From positions 1 to 44,326 of the forward strand of contig DYEP01000186.1 in NCBI GenBank assembly GCA_020725675.1: a stretch of DNA of 44,326 nucleotides. The letters are read 5' to 3'. The translations under genes were made by a program, and so were the position numbers. This DNA comes from Symbiobacterium sp. Its GTDB lineage: Bacteria > Bacillota > Sulfobacillia > DUSP01 > DYEP01. Under the pieces are notes generated by a model. The model was not told the DNA's origin. It did not search any database and was given only the letters and a program-made list of their open reading frames with translations. This document shows, piece after piece, positions 8,903-18,460 of this stretch. Each line of letters starts with the position of its first letter. Position 1 is the first letter of the stretch.

Positions 8903-9760
8903 ATGGAAAAGATCGGCATAGTCACGGACTCCTCTTGCAGCCTGCCTCCGGAACTTGTAAAGCAATACGAGATTGTCGTTGTGCCTGTAAGCATTCAGAT
9001 TGGTGATCGGAGCTTTTCTGATGGAGTAGATCTCTCGCCGAATGAATTTTATGCCCACATTGAAAGTGGAAGCATGGCCACCACTTCGCAACCTTCCCCC
9101 GGCGATTTTCTCAAGGTGTACAGGGCGCTGTCAGAACGGGTAAACACCATAATCTCCATTCATGTCACAGGACGGGCAAGCGGTACGGTACAGGCGGCCC
9201 ACCTCGCCAGACAAGCCGTACCGTCCGTGGATATTGAGGTCGTGGACTCCGGGTTTACTACCATGGCTTTGGGCTTTATGGCCATGGAATCTGCCCGGGC
9301 GGCGCTGCTGGGCTGGACCAAGGAGGAGATCCTCCGCCTCATTGAAGACCTAAAATCCCGAATACATGTGTTTGCGGCTCTACCAACCCTGACATATTTG
9401 CGCCGGAGCGGCAGGGTAGGGGCGGGTCAAGCGCTCATTGCATCCGTACTCTCAGTCAAACCCATCCTCAGCATGGCCAACGGAGTCTTGGAAGTTGTGG
9501 ACCGGGTGCGCACATATCCAAGGGCGCTGACGAGAATGATTGAGCTTACGGAGAGGGCGGTGGGAGACCACCCGGTGAGGCTCTCTGTTCTCTATACCAA
9601 GACCCGCGAGCAAGCTTTTGGCTTTGCAGGCGAACTGGAAAGACGGTTGCGGTGCGTGGGTGAAACCATAATCACCGAGATGGGCACGGCTCTCGCAGTG
9701 CACGGCGGACCGGGCATGCTGGGTCTTGCGATGATGAAGGTACAGCGCGACACACCTTGA
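8903..9760 (+). CDS. DegV family fatty-acid-binding protein (FakB-like)
   Basis: IVTDSSCSLP, TTSQPSPG, SGT, LRRSGR, VKPIL and VHGGPG motifs. Confidence 0.93.
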   Translation: MEKIGIVTDSSCSLPPELVKQYEIVVVPVSIQIGDRSFSDGVDLSPNEFYAHIESGSMATTSQPSPGDFLKVYRALSERVNTIISIHVTGRASGTVQAAHLARQAVPSVDIEVVDSGFTTMALGFMAMESARAALLGWTKEEILRLIEDLKSRIHVFAALPTLTYLRRSGRVGAGQALIASVLSVKPILSMANGVLEVVDRVRTYPRALTRMIELTERAVGDHPVRLSVLYTKTREQAFGFAGELERRLRCVGETIITEMGTALAVHGGPGMLGLAMMKVQRDTP

Positions 9761-9807
9761 CCACAGATATCTGGGGCTGTATGATAGGTAGCGGGAGGAG
9801 GCATATT

Positions 9808-10251
9808 GTGGACTCCGATTACGGGAAGCTCCTTGATAAACTGGATACGGGCAAGTACAAAGTGACAAGACAGCGCGAGGCGATCTTGCAGGTATTGTGT
9901 GATCACAAAGACGAACACATGAGCGCTGAGGAAATTTACGACCGTGTCCGCGAGCTCTATCCTGATATCGGACTTGCGACGATTTATAGAACTCTTGACA
10001 TTCTGACCGACCTGCATATATTGCACAGGATGGACTTCGGGGACGGGAGAGCCCGTTATGAACTGGTACAGGATAAGCCTCATCACCATCACCACCTCAT
10101 TTGCCTACGCTGCGGTTCCATCAGTGAGGTAAAAGACGATCTCTTGTACCAACTGGAAGAAACGGTGGACAGAGAACATGGGTTTCTGGTAGTTGACCAC
10201 AGGCTTCAATTCCTCGGGTATTGCGCGAATTGCAGGGATTTTGACAGTTAA
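9808..10251 (+). CDS. fur: Fur family transcriptional regulator
   Basis: TRQR, IGLATIYRTL, HHHHHLICLRCG, C-terminal GYCANC; GTG 9808 behind GGAGGAGG. Confidence 0.93.
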   Translation: MDSDYGKLLDKLDTGKYKVTRQREAILQVLCDHKDEHMSAEEIYDRVRELYPDIGLATIYRTLDILTDLHILHRMDFGDGRARYELVQDKPHHHHHLICLRCGSISEVKDDLLYQLEETVDREHGFLVVDHRLQFLGYCANCRDFDS

Positions 10252-10293
10252 CCGGGCGCCCCGGCTCCGCCGGGGTTAATCCTGAATATCTAT

Positions 10294-10308
10294 TGAGAAA
10301 GATTATCA
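10294..10308. promoter_or_regulatory. Fur box upstream of feoB
   Basis: TGAGAAA-G-ATTATCA matches 12 of 14 specified positions of the 7-1-7 consensus TGATAAT-N-ATTATCA, just upstream of the feoB RBS. Confidence 0.8.
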
Positions 10309-10327
10309 TTGCTGAGGAGAATGAGTC

Positions 10328-12271
10328 ATGCAGGTCCCTACCAAGATAGCCCTAGTGGGGCAGCCCAATGTGGGAAAGTCGGTTATTATGAATAACTTGA
10401 CAGGGGTCGGCGCCGTGGTATCGAACTATGCGGGTACCACCGTGGAGATCACACGGGGGTACGCCAGCATCGCGGGAAAGATCGTGGAGGTGATCGATAC
10501 CCCGGGTACCTACACCTTGCACTCAGATACCGAAGAGCAACGGGTGACCCAGCGGATACTGCTGGAAGAGGATATCGACCTTATCATCAACGTGATAGAT
10601 TGTGTGAACTTGGCCAGGAGCCTTTACCTTACGTTCCAACTGCTGGACTTCGGGATCCCCATGATAGTGGCGGCGAATCAGGCAGACAGAGCTGCAAAAC
10701 TAGGCATCATCGTGGACGCCTCTCGACTGCAGGAGGAGCTTGGTGTGCCGGTCGTTCTGATGGTGGCCACTGCCAACGAAGGCACTGAAGAGCTGCGAAA
10801 GTTGATCCGTTACGGAGGCGCAGTGGGGCGACCCATAAGGTTCTCGGAGATGCTGGAGTCTACTATCAGTCGACTCGAAGGTTATATCCGTCAGACGACC
10901 TATTCAGGCGGACATTCGTCGCGCACCCTCGCCATCCACCTTCTCGAGCATGATACGGTTGATGAGGGTATTCTGAGTAGCCACCCCGAGCTGGAAAAGC
11001 TCATCGAGCGGCTACAAACCGAGATGGGAGCAGATGACCCGCTTTGCCCAAATTGTTTTCGTGGGTGTGCCTTTTGTCCCGCCAGGGGCAGCGATCACCC
11101 GGTGTTTCTTACCTGTATTGAAAGGACCAACCAAGCCAGGGAGGTCGCATCCAGGGTCACGAGGAATACTCACAGGGATCGCGTGGATTTCATGGAAAGA
11201 CTGGAAGAGGTGCTTGATCACCCTGTTGCGGGAATCTTGGCGATGGCATTTTTGGCATGGATCTCATTTCGGTTGATCACCTTGTTTTTGGGATACGCGG
11301 AAGACGTGGTTGAATGGGCGATGGCGCCGATTGGATCCGGTATTGTACGGATCGTCCAGGCGCTCCTGCCGGAAGGCGCTCTGCGGTCTATGCTCATGGA
11401 TTCGCTACCGGAGGGACTGGTTATTCCATTCAGTGTGGTATTTCCCGCCATGCTGGCAGTGTACGTATTTATTGCGCTGCTTGAAGACACAGGACTTCTT
11501 GCGCGTTTTGCAGTAGCGCTTGACAGGCTTGCAGCGCTGTTTGGACTGCCAGGCCAGTCGGTTATCCCTGTTCTTTTAGGATTTGGGTGCCGTGCTCCCG
11601 CGGTAATGGCCACCCGCATCCTCCCGGATCGCCGCAGTAGGTTCATTGCGACCGCGCTCATCGGGGTTACAGTACCCTGTGCGGCCACTCTGGGGATACT
11701 CGCCGGGGTCGTGGTTCAGTTTCAGGCCAATGCGTTTGCCATTGGAGCTACTATCATTGTTGCTTTTGTACTCATCGGGCTTGGGCTCAGCCTGCTTACT
11801 GCAGGTGAAGACACTCCGCTGGTGCTCGAGGTCCCGCCGCTTCGCTTACCTGTTTTGAGGAATGTGATAGCGAAAACGGCATTCCGCATGAAAAGCTTTT
11901 TCTTACACGTGTTGCCGCTCTTGGTCGTAGTGAACGTGGCGCTAAGAGCACTGCTTTACACAAACGTGCTGGCGCGGCTGGGTGCTCTGGATCCGGTTAC
12001 GGTCAGGTTCTTTGGTGTGTCAGGACCTGCCTTTGCGGGAGTGCTGATCACTGTTGTCCAGCGGTACCTCGCTCCTATGGTCTTGCTTAACCTGCCACTT
12101 ACCGCAAGGGAGGCGACTATCGCTTCCAGCATGGTGGCCTTATCCTTCCCGTGTTTGCCTGTTACTATCCTAAGCATCAAAGAGCTTGGCCTTTCTGATA
12201 CAGCAAAAGTATTCGGAATCGCACTGCTCGCACCGGTGATCGCTGCTTTGGTGTTAAACCTGATTCTTTGA
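10328..12271 (+). CDS. feoB: Ferrous iron transporter FeoB
   Basis: G1 GQPNVGKS, NYAGTTV, DTPG, NQAD; membrane domain with LEDTG, GFGC, VPC and LEVPP. Confidence 0.93.
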   Translation: MQVPTKIALVGQPNVGKSVIMNNLTGVGAVVSNYAGTTVEITRGYASIAGKIVEVIDTPGTYTLHSDTEEQRVTQRILLEEDIDLIINVIDCVNLARSLYLTFQLLDFGIPMIVAANQADRAAKLGIIVDASRLQEELGVPVVLMVATANEGTEELRKLIRYGGAVGRPIRFSEMLESTISRLEGYIRQTTYSGGHSSRTLAIHLLEHDTVDEGILSSHPELEKLIERLQTEMGADDPLCPNCFRGCAFCPARGSDHPVFLTCIERTNQAREVASRVTRNTHRDRVDFMERLEEVLDHPVAGILAMAFLAWISFRLITLFLGYAEDVVEWAMAPIGSGIVRIVQALLPEGALRSMLMDSLPEGLVIPFSVVFPAMLAVYVFIALLEDTGLLARFAVALDRLAALFGLPGQSVIPVLLGFGCRAPAVMATRILPDRRSRFIATALIGVTVPCAATLGILAGVVVQFQANAFAIGATIIVAFVLIGLGLSLLTAGEDTPLVLEVPPLRLPVLRNVIAKTAFRMKSFFLHVLPLLVVVNVALRALLYTNVLARLGALDPVTVRFFGVSGPAFAGVLITVVQRYLAPMVLLNLPLTAREATIASSMVALSFPCLPVTILSIKELGLSDTAKVFGIALLAPVIAALVLNLIL

Positions 12272-12287
12272 GCCGGAGGGAAGCCAA

Positions 12288-12524
12288 TTGAAACTGAGCG
12301 AGGCACGGCCAGGGCAGAGACTTTGCGTCATCGGCTTTGGACGGTTGGGGCGCGCGCAACTCAAACTCATGGACCTTGGCATCGTACCAGGGGTGGAGAT
12401 AAAACTGCTTTCCAGATTCCTGCTGGGTGGCCCGCTGCTCCTGCAGGTGGGCCGGACCCATGTGGCAATTGGGAGGCGCATCGCTGACGGCATACTTGTT
12501 GAGGAAGTGTCCGGTAAAGACTGA
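12288..12524 (+). CDS. feoA: Ferrous iron transport protein FeoA
   Basis: LMDLGIVPG...GGP..VAIGR SH3-like pattern; TTG start behind GGAGG. Confidence 0.92.
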   Translation: MKLSEARPGQRLCVIGFGRLGRAQLKLMDLGIVPGVEIKLLSRFLLGGPLLLQVGRTHVAIGRRIADGILVEEVSGKD

Positions 12525-12556
12525 GTCCGGACTCTTCCGTCGGAGGAGTGAGCTGT

Positions 12557-13453
12557 TTGAGGAGAATGACACTGGTGAAATTGACACTGGTTGCAGCGGC
12601 CTGGGGCGCATCTTTTGTGGCAGGCAAACACGCCGTAGAGCAGCTACCCCCGATGACTGTGGCCTTTTTCCGGTTTTTGCTTTCAAGCAGTTACTTTCTT
12701 CCCTTCTTGCTCAGGACCCCTTGCCCGTCGCGCAGGGACTGGCTGCCCATCGCCTTCTTGGGCCTCACCGGCATCTTCCTTTACAACGTGTTCTTTCTGT
12801 TCGGAGTCGCACTAAACCCTGCAGGCGAGACCGCTTTAGTCATTGCGTCAAACCCGCTTGCCATCACCACATTATCCGTCATATTCCTCAAAGAACGTGT
12901 TTCAGCAGCACAGGTAGCTGGGGTGTTGATAGGTTTTCTCGGTGTCATTGTGGTGCTGACAAACGGCACGTTCAATCTTCACATTGCTCCATCACAGCTA
13001 ATCCTGCTGGGCGGGGTCATATCGTTCGCAGCCTACTCGGTCGCCGGCAAACCCGTGGTAAGACGGATCGGTGCGACCCGTTCCGCAGCTTACTCGTGTG
13101 TAGCAGGCACGCTGATGCTCGCACCCTTTGGGATTTACGCCGCAGCGGGAGTGAACCTTTTGAAAGTAACGTGGCTTGGATGGTTTTCCATAGCGTACCT
13201 CGGAATACTGTGTTCAGCAGTTGCCTATGTATGGTGGTATGACGGCATCGCGGAGGTCGGCGCAGCCAGAACAGGCGTATTCGTTAACCTGGTACCGGTA
13301 TTTGCGTCACTGTTTTCGTGGGTGTTGCTCGGCGAGAGAATGAAACAATCACATGTGCTCGGAGCGGCCATGGTTATTCTCGGCGTAACACTGGCACTGA
13401 GCAGGCGCAGCGAGCGAGCGGAGGCGAAAGCATCGTGCAGCCTGAGATCGTGA
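12557..13453 (+). CDS. EamA/DMT family transporter
   Basis: WGASF, FFRF, FLKER, FVNLVPVF and LLGE motifs; about ten TM. Start is approximate (TTG behind GGAGG). Confidence 0.9.
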   Translation: MRRMTLVKLTLVAAAWGASFVAGKHAVEQLPPMTVAFFRFLLSSSYFLPFLLRTPCPSRRDWLPIAFLGLTGIFLYNVFFLFGVALNPAGETALVIASNPLAITTLSVIFLKERVSAAQVAGVLIGFLGVIVVLTNGTFNLHIAPSQLILLGGVISFAAYSVAGKPVVRRIGATRSAAYSCVAGTLMLAPFGIYAAAGVNLLKVTWLGWFSIAYLGILCSAVAYVWWYDGIAEVGAARTGVFVNLVPVFASLFSWVLLGERMKQSHVLGAAMVILGVTLALSRRSERAEAKASCSLRS

Positions 13454-14295
13454 GGTTCAGCGGGCCACTGGATCTTGACAGGACCTTCGGCTCCGGCCAG
13501 TGCTTCCGCTGGATGAAGAAGGGTGACGCCTATGAAGGGGTGGTGGAGCATCGCGCGTTTCGGCTCACGCTCAAAGAGGGCGACTTGTCAGTACTATCTG
13601 ACGCTCCAGGAGCAGGGGAGTTCATAAGGTCATATCTTGACCTTGATACGGACTATGCTCGCATTGAGCAGCAACTGTCGGCTGCGGGCGGGGTATTGAA
13701 GGAAGCATGCGAGTACGGGTCGGGTCTTAGGCTTCTGCGCCAGTACCCGTGGGAAACCCTAATCTCTTTCATCATTTCTGCGAATAACAATATAAAGCGG
13801 ATCACCGGGATCATCGAACGAATGTGCCAAAGATTGGGAAGCCCAACCAGGTGGCCAGGCATGTACGGTTTCCCGTCGCCGGAACACATTAGTGCATGCA
13901 GCGAAGCGGAGTTGCGCGCTCTAGGTCTCGGTTACCGCGCGGCTTATGTGAGGGAGGCTGCACTGTTAGTGGCATCTGGTGAGCTAGACCTCGAGCGCCT
14001 TCGTACGCTGCCGGAGGAGGATATGAGGAAACATCTCTTGAGGGTGCCTGGAGTAGGCCAAAAGGTAGCAGACTGCGTCATGCTGTTTGCGTACAGGCAG
14101 ACCTCAGTCTGTCCTGTTGACGTGTGGATGAAGAGAGCGCTCATTACGTATTACGGGGAAGCATCTTGCACAAGAGTAGAAGACATGCAAAAACAGTTCG
14201 TGAGACGCCACGGGTGCCTGTCGGGCTTTGCCCAGAATTACCTCTTTTACTACCTCAGGACCCACCCGGTCCAGTACCACACATCTGGCGAGTAG
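13435..14295 (+). CDS. 8-oxoguanine DNA glycosylase (OGG1-like, HhH-GPD)
   Basis: N-terminal SGQCFRW, FIISANNNIKRI, LGYRA, HhH PGVGQKVADC with catalytic Lys, PVDVW, AQNYLFYY. Confidence 0.93.
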   Translation: MQPEIVRFSGPLDLDRTFGSGQCFRWMKKGDAYEGVVEHRAFRLTLKEGDLSVLSDAPGAGEFIRSYLDLDTDYARIEQQLSAAGGVLKEACEYGSGLRLLRQYPWETLISFIISANNNIKRITGIIERMCQRLGSPTRWPGMYGFPSPEHISACSEAELRALGLGYRAAYVREAALLVASGELDLERLRTLPEEDMRKHLLRVPGVGQKVADCVMLFAYRQTSVCPVDVWMKRALITYYGEASCTRVEDMQKQFVRRHGCLSGFAQNYLFYYLRTHPVQYHTSGE

Positions 14296-14298
14296 GCT

Positions 14299-14634
14299 CT
14301 ACCTCTGTTCGGGAGCGGAACAGGTGCAGCCCTGACAGTGTGATTCATCCCCCAGGTTGCAGTATCCCAGCACCAGGTTTCTTAAGAACGTGCTGGAGAT
14401 CCGGTAGTAAGAACGGGAGCCGGCCTTACGGCGAGTGATAAGGCCCGCGTCTGACAGGATCTTCAGATGGTAGCTCAGCGCGGGTTGAGCCATGCCCATG
14501 TTGTCAACCAGGTGGTTCACGCACATCTCACCTGGACCTGCCAGAAGCGCTGCGATCCGTACCCTGTTTTGGTCTGAGAGCGCGCGAAATATCTGCACAA
14601 TGTGCTCAAGTTTGGCGGTTGTCTCCATGTTCAT
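14299..14634 (-). CDS. ArsR/SmtB family transcriptional regulator
   Basis: FRALSDQNRVRI, MCVNHL, QPALSYHLKILSDAGLI. Confidence 0.9.
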   Translation of the reverse strand: MNMETTAKLEHIVQIFRALSDQNRVRIAALLAGPGEMCVNHLVDNMGMAQPALSYHLKILSDAGLITRRKAGSRSYYRISSTFLRNLVLGYCNLGDESHCQGCTCSAPEQR

Positions 14635-14792
14635 CCCCCAAACGTTAGTATCAAGTTAAATATTTCGCAAACGATATGGCTATATCCTGCCGGGTTATGT
14701 ATGATTATCGAGAAAGTATGAATTTCATAATGCAAAGAAGCGAGTGCCTGAAGACTGAGAAGCAAAGGAGGCGTGCGGTTTTCCGCTCTCTC

Positions 14793-15488
14793 ATGAGTTC
14801 AAGAAAAGTGCTGGTTGTGGACGATGATGCACATATCCGCGAGCTCATAAGGCTTTGTCTTGGCCGGGAAGGATTTGAGGTACTGTCCGTGCCCGACGGG
14901 GACACCGGCCTTCAGGAGTTTTACAGGCAGAACGTGGACCTGGTGATCCTGGATGTGATGCTGCCCAGGACAGACGGCTGGGAGGTGCTCCGGAAAATCA
15001 GGGCCAAGAAGCAAACCCCAGTGATCATGCTGACCGCAAAAGACGAAGAGATGGACAAGGTCTTAGGGCTGGAACTGGGTGCTGATGATTACGTGACCAA
15101 ACCCTTTGGACCCAGGGAACTGGTGGCGAGGGTGAAAGCCGTACTCAGGCGGTCTGCCGGTTGTGCAGAAGAGCAGGTCATGGAATTTTCAGGCCTCACC
15201 ATTGACGTGCCGCGTCACCAGGTCAGATTCTGCGAGCGTGAGGTGGCACTCGCTCCCAAGGAGTTCGATCTTCTGGTTTATTTGGCTCAGAGGGAGGGGC
15301 GTGTAGTTACAAGGGAGCAGATCCTGGAACAGGTATGGGGTTATGAGTACGTAGGAGATGCGCGAACAGTGGATGAACACGTAAAACGCATCAGGCAGAA
15401 GATAGAGAAAGTGACCTACCCCATGCGGTTTATCCGAACTGTATGGGGTGTAGGCTATAAATTCGAAGTATGGGATGATACCCAATGA
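14793..15488 (+). CDS. OmpR/PhoB family response regulator (ResD/WalR-like)
   Basis: VVDDD, LDVMLP, GADDYVTKPF, RTVDEHVKRIR, TVWGVGYKF. Start codon uncertain. Confidence 0.94.
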   Translation: MSSRKVLVVDDDAHIRELIRLCLGREGFEVLSVPDGDTGLQEFYRQNVDLVILDVMLPRTDGWEVLRKIRAKKQTPVIMLTAKDEEMDKVLGLELGADDYVTKPFGPRELVARVKAVLRRSAGCAEEQVMEFSGLTIDVPRHQVRFCEREVALAPKEFDLLVYLAQREGRVVTREQILEQVWGYEYVGDARTVDEHVKRIRQKIEKVTYPMRFIRTVWGVGYKFEVWDDTQ

Positions 15489-16921
15489 AGTTCTCCGGTC
15501 TGTTTTCAAGACTTATGGCCAGCTACATCCTGATAGTGCTGATGAGCCTTACTTTTGCAGGGGTCGGGCTCACTTATCTTGTAAGGCAGTGGGTATTCTC
15601 CGCGAGAGAGAAGGAACTGCTGTCCAGGGGTACAGGTATCGCCCAGCTGCTCGAAGGCTACATCCAGGGGACGCTTGATGCCGGTTCGGCGGTAAAGTTG
15701 CTTGACATTATGGACACATTCCTAGACGCAAGACTCTGGTTATTTGATGCCGAAGGCCGGGTGATCGCGACCTCTGAGCGCCACATGGGTGCGCAGCGCA
15801 GGTTCGGGCCCACGCAGGCGCAGGTCCAGGCGGTGCTCGCCGGGGAATTAAGCGTGACCAGATGGCCTGCTCTTGCGCTAACCGCTGCTCGCATCAACGT
15901 AGGTCTCCCGGTTGTAGTGAACGGCCGCGTGCAGGGTGCTGTGTTCTTAAGCGCTACTGTGGCGGGCTACGTGGATATTCTCGCTGCGGTGAGAAGGCAG
16001 ACCATCTACGCTGTGCTAGCAGCGCTGGTAGTTGCGGTATTCGTCGCTTGGAATATCTCAAGGGCCATATCAAGACCGCTTTCCGAGATAGCGAGGATCG
16101 CCGAGCAGGTAGCAAATGGCAACTTCAGCGAAAGGGTGGAGGAGACCGGAACCGATGAGATCGCTTCATTGGCACGCACGTTCAACCTGGCTGTTGATCA
16201 GGTGGAACGGACTGTCAGCGAGCAGCAGAGGCTTGACAGCATCCGGAGGGAATTCGTGGCCAACCTGTCACACGAGTTCAGAGCCCCTCTTGCGTCCATA
16301 AGGGGATTTCTCGAGGCGATGCTTATGGACATGGTGAACGAGGAGGAGCGAGCCAGATATTTGAGCATGATGCTAGACGACGCAAAGCGCCTCGGGCGGC
16401 TGGTCGATGACATGCTGGAACTCTCCCGGATCCAGGCGCCTCAGGCAAGGGTGGACCTGCTCGAGGTGGACGCGGTGGAGGCGCTCGAAAGGGCAAAGAC
16501 ACGTATGGCCCAGCGTGCTGCCCGTGCTGGAGTCAGTATCGAAGTGGCGTTGGAATCTGACCCGGTACAGGTGCTTGCTGATCCAGACAGGCTCGACCAG
16601 ATCCTAACAAACCTTGTGGAAAACGCCATCAAGTTTACAACACCCGGGGGTCGCGTGAGGTTGTCTGTGCGGGATGCAAAAGACAGAGTATGGTTCTGGG
16701 TATCCGACACGGGGCGCGGCATACCTGAGCAAGACCTTCCGTACATCTGGGACAGGTTTTACAAAGTCGACAAGTCCAGGGACCGGGCGGACCTGGGTAC
16801 TGGCCTTGGCCTTGCTATAGTAAAAGAGTTGGTGCTCCTTCACGGTGGTGACGTGGCAGTGCAAAGCGAGCCGGGTCAGGGATCAAAGTTTGGCTTCTGG
16901 TTAAAGCGCGTTTCGCAGTGA
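15485..16921 (+). CDS. HAMP-domain sensor histidine kinase
   Basis: Two TM segments, HAMP (PLSEI...DEIASLA), H-box SHEFRAP, NLVENAIKF, DTGRGI, GTGLGLAI; ATGA overlap with the regulator. Confidence 0.94.
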   Translation: MKFSGLFSRLMASYILIVLMSLTFAGVGLTYLVRQWVFSAREKELLSRGTGIAQLLEGYIQGTLDAGSAVKLLDIMDTFLDARLWLFDAEGRVIATSERHMGAQRRFGPTQAQVQAVLAGELSVTRWPALALTAARINVGLPVVVNGRVQGAVFLSATVAGYVDILAAVRRQTIYAVLAALVVAVFVAWNISRAISRPLSEIARIAEQVANGNFSERVEETGTDEIASLARTFNLAVDQVERTVSEQQRLDSIRREFVANLSHEFRAPLASIRGFLEAMLMDMVNEEERARYLSMMLDDAKRLGRLVDDMLELSRIQAPQARVDLLEVDAVEALERAKTRMAQRAARAGVSIEVALESDPVQVLADPDRLDQILTNLVENAIKFTTPGGRVRLSVRDAKDRVWFWVSDTGRGIPEQDLPYIWDRFYKVDKSRDRADLGTGLGLAIVKELVLLHGGDVAVQSEPGQGSKFGFWLKRVSQ

Positions 16922-16941
16922 AGTTTATGAGTTGTTCGTGC

Positions 16942-16977
16942 TTCGTTTAGATTTCGTTTAAACCAGTGAGATATGAT
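16942..16977 (+). promoter_or_regulatory. Putative OmpR-type direct-repeat operator plus -10 box
   Basis: TTCGTTTA at 16942 and 16953 (11-bp period), followed by TATGAT at 16972-16977. Confidence 0.5.
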
Positions 16978-17010
16978 CAGAGTAGACACTGTGAAAGGAG
17001 GTGTAAGGAT

Positions 17011-17517
17011 ATGAGGAAGTATGGGTGGGTCGTAGCCTTTGCGGTATTGCTTGCTCTCTTTGCAGGTACCGCGCTGGCTGCTCCCGCAGGGGACTTTCTG
17101 ATAGCGCCTCGCCGAACGACGCTTTCGGACGACAACATAGTAGGCTGTCAGCAGGGGTTCGGTTATAGAAAGGTTGGGCTTGCCGGTTTGGGACTCACTG
17201 CGGAACAGGCCGACCAGATTTACCAGATCCAGGTCAACTTCATCAACGAGTCTGCCAAGATTCAGAAGGAAATGGCGCTCCTTGCTGCGGAGATAAGAAG
17301 AGATAGGATCAAGGGCGCCACGACGGAAAGCCTCCAATCCCGCATAGACCAGCTTGACGCCTTGAGGGAGAAGATGGTGGCGCTCAGAGAAGAAAAGCTT
17401 GAGGCCATCCGCTCCATACTCACGCCAGAACAGCTGCAGATACTCGAAGATGCGGCACAGAATCGTGGCTTAAAGGGTAGGGGGCCAGGCAGGTTTGGAC
17501 ACAAGGGCTGCTTTTGA
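17011..17517 (+). CDS. Secreted Spy/CpxP-like (LTxxQ) protein
   Basis: Signal peptide ending ALA; LGLTAEQ and ILTPEQ motifs flank a coiled coil; AAAGGAGGTG RBS. Confidence 0.8.
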   Translation: MRKYGWVVAFAVLLALFAGTALAAPAGDFLIAPRRTTLSDDNIVGCQQGFGYRKVGLAGLGLTAEQADQIYQIQVNFINESAKIQKEMALLAAEIRRDRIKGATTESLQSRIDQLDALREKMVALREEKLEAIRSILTPEQLQILEDAAQNRGLKGRGPGRFGHKGCF

Positions 17518-17544
17518 GGACTGACAAAGAGGGACGGCTGAAAT

Positions 17545-17575
17545 GCCCCGGCTGTGACCGGGGCTCACTGTTTTT
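17545..17575. terminator. Probable terminator between convergent genes
   Basis: GCCCCGG-CTGTGA-CCGGGGC followed by a T-rich run. Confidence 0.55.
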
Positions 17576-17990
17576 CTCTGACTTGCGTTTCCGCCCGGGC
17601 TACACCGAGCCACGTGGCAGCCCACCGTTCGGCAATTCGAGCCTCCTTTTCCGTGTACAGTTCATCCGGTGGGATCCCCAGGAACTCATCGCCGAGCCTG
17701 GCTTTTTCTTCCTCGCTTTGGAGCTTACGGGCTACGAAATAAAGGTCCTGGAGGTCGCCGGCATTCAGCGTGGAAAACCTATCCGGGTACATCCGCAGGA
17801 TTTCGGGCAGGTCCTCAGGATCTGCGTCTATGCCTGAGATGTGAGCCAGCACCTTGAGGCACAGAACGACACATTCATATGCTGAGTGGATGGCATACGC
17901 CGGATTGTTCAGAGCGATCTGCCTCCTGACTGTATCAAGGCGGGCTTCAGCCTGCCGGATGAGTGAACTGGTCATGTTTTTTCCTTTCAT
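17565..17990 (-). CDS. HEPN domain protein (divergent)
   Basis: AYECVVLCLKVL and GDEFLGIPPDELYTEKEA resemble MNT-associated HEPN proteins; ATGA overlap with the upstream gene. Confidence 0.65.
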   Translation of the reverse strand: MKGKNMTSSLIRQAEARLDTVRRQIALNNPAYAIHSAYECVVLCLKVLAHISGIDADPEDLPEILRMYPDRFSTLNAGDLQDLYFVARKLQSEEEKARLGDEFLGIPPDELYTEKEARIAERWAATWLGVARAETQVREKQ

Positions 17991-18412
17991 ACCGCCAGAT
18001 CCCCTAAAGATGTATTCCGGTCCCAGTAGAGTTTCCTGTTATGGCGCAGCTGTCGGGTCCTTGTAATCACTGCATCTACAAGCACGCGGCGGGAGAGACC
18101 TTCTGCAAATGCCCGATTGTCTATGAGTACAATGCCTTCTTCAATTATTCTCATGCCTGCTCCGCTGCAAGCCGGCACTTCGTGCTCATCATAAATATCA
18201 ATGGGGATCCAGCAAGATCCAAGCTGCATAGCTTCTTTTGCCACTTCGGAGGACAGTTCGCGCCTTTCAAGGCGGAGTGCAGGGGCATGCCTGACAAAAG
18301 CAACCAGGCGGCACCTCTTTGAGAGCGGTTGGTACGCCAGCACCGCAAGAAGGTCTTTCCCGAGCCAGCGGCGGATCGCTCTCATGTAAGGTTTGAGGTC
18401 AGGCAGATCCAT
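17987..18412 (-). CDS. Degenerate minimal nucleotidyltransferase (MNT)-like protein
   Basis: Size, position before HEPN, LGKDLLAVL start and IIEEGIVLID C-terminal motif fit MNT, but GS and DxD are absent. Start could extend to 18439. Confidence 0.5.
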   Translation of the reverse strand: MDLPDLKPYMRAIRRWLGKDLLAVLAYQPLSKRCRLVAFVRHAPALRLERRELSSEVAKEAMQLGSCWIPIDIYDEHEVPACSGAGMRIIEEGIVLIDNRAFAEGLSRRVLVDAVITRTRQLRHNRKLYWDRNTSLGDLAV

Positions 18413-18460
18413 CTCATTCACGCCACCACCCCCGAGCATATTATACCATAATTTCCCATA

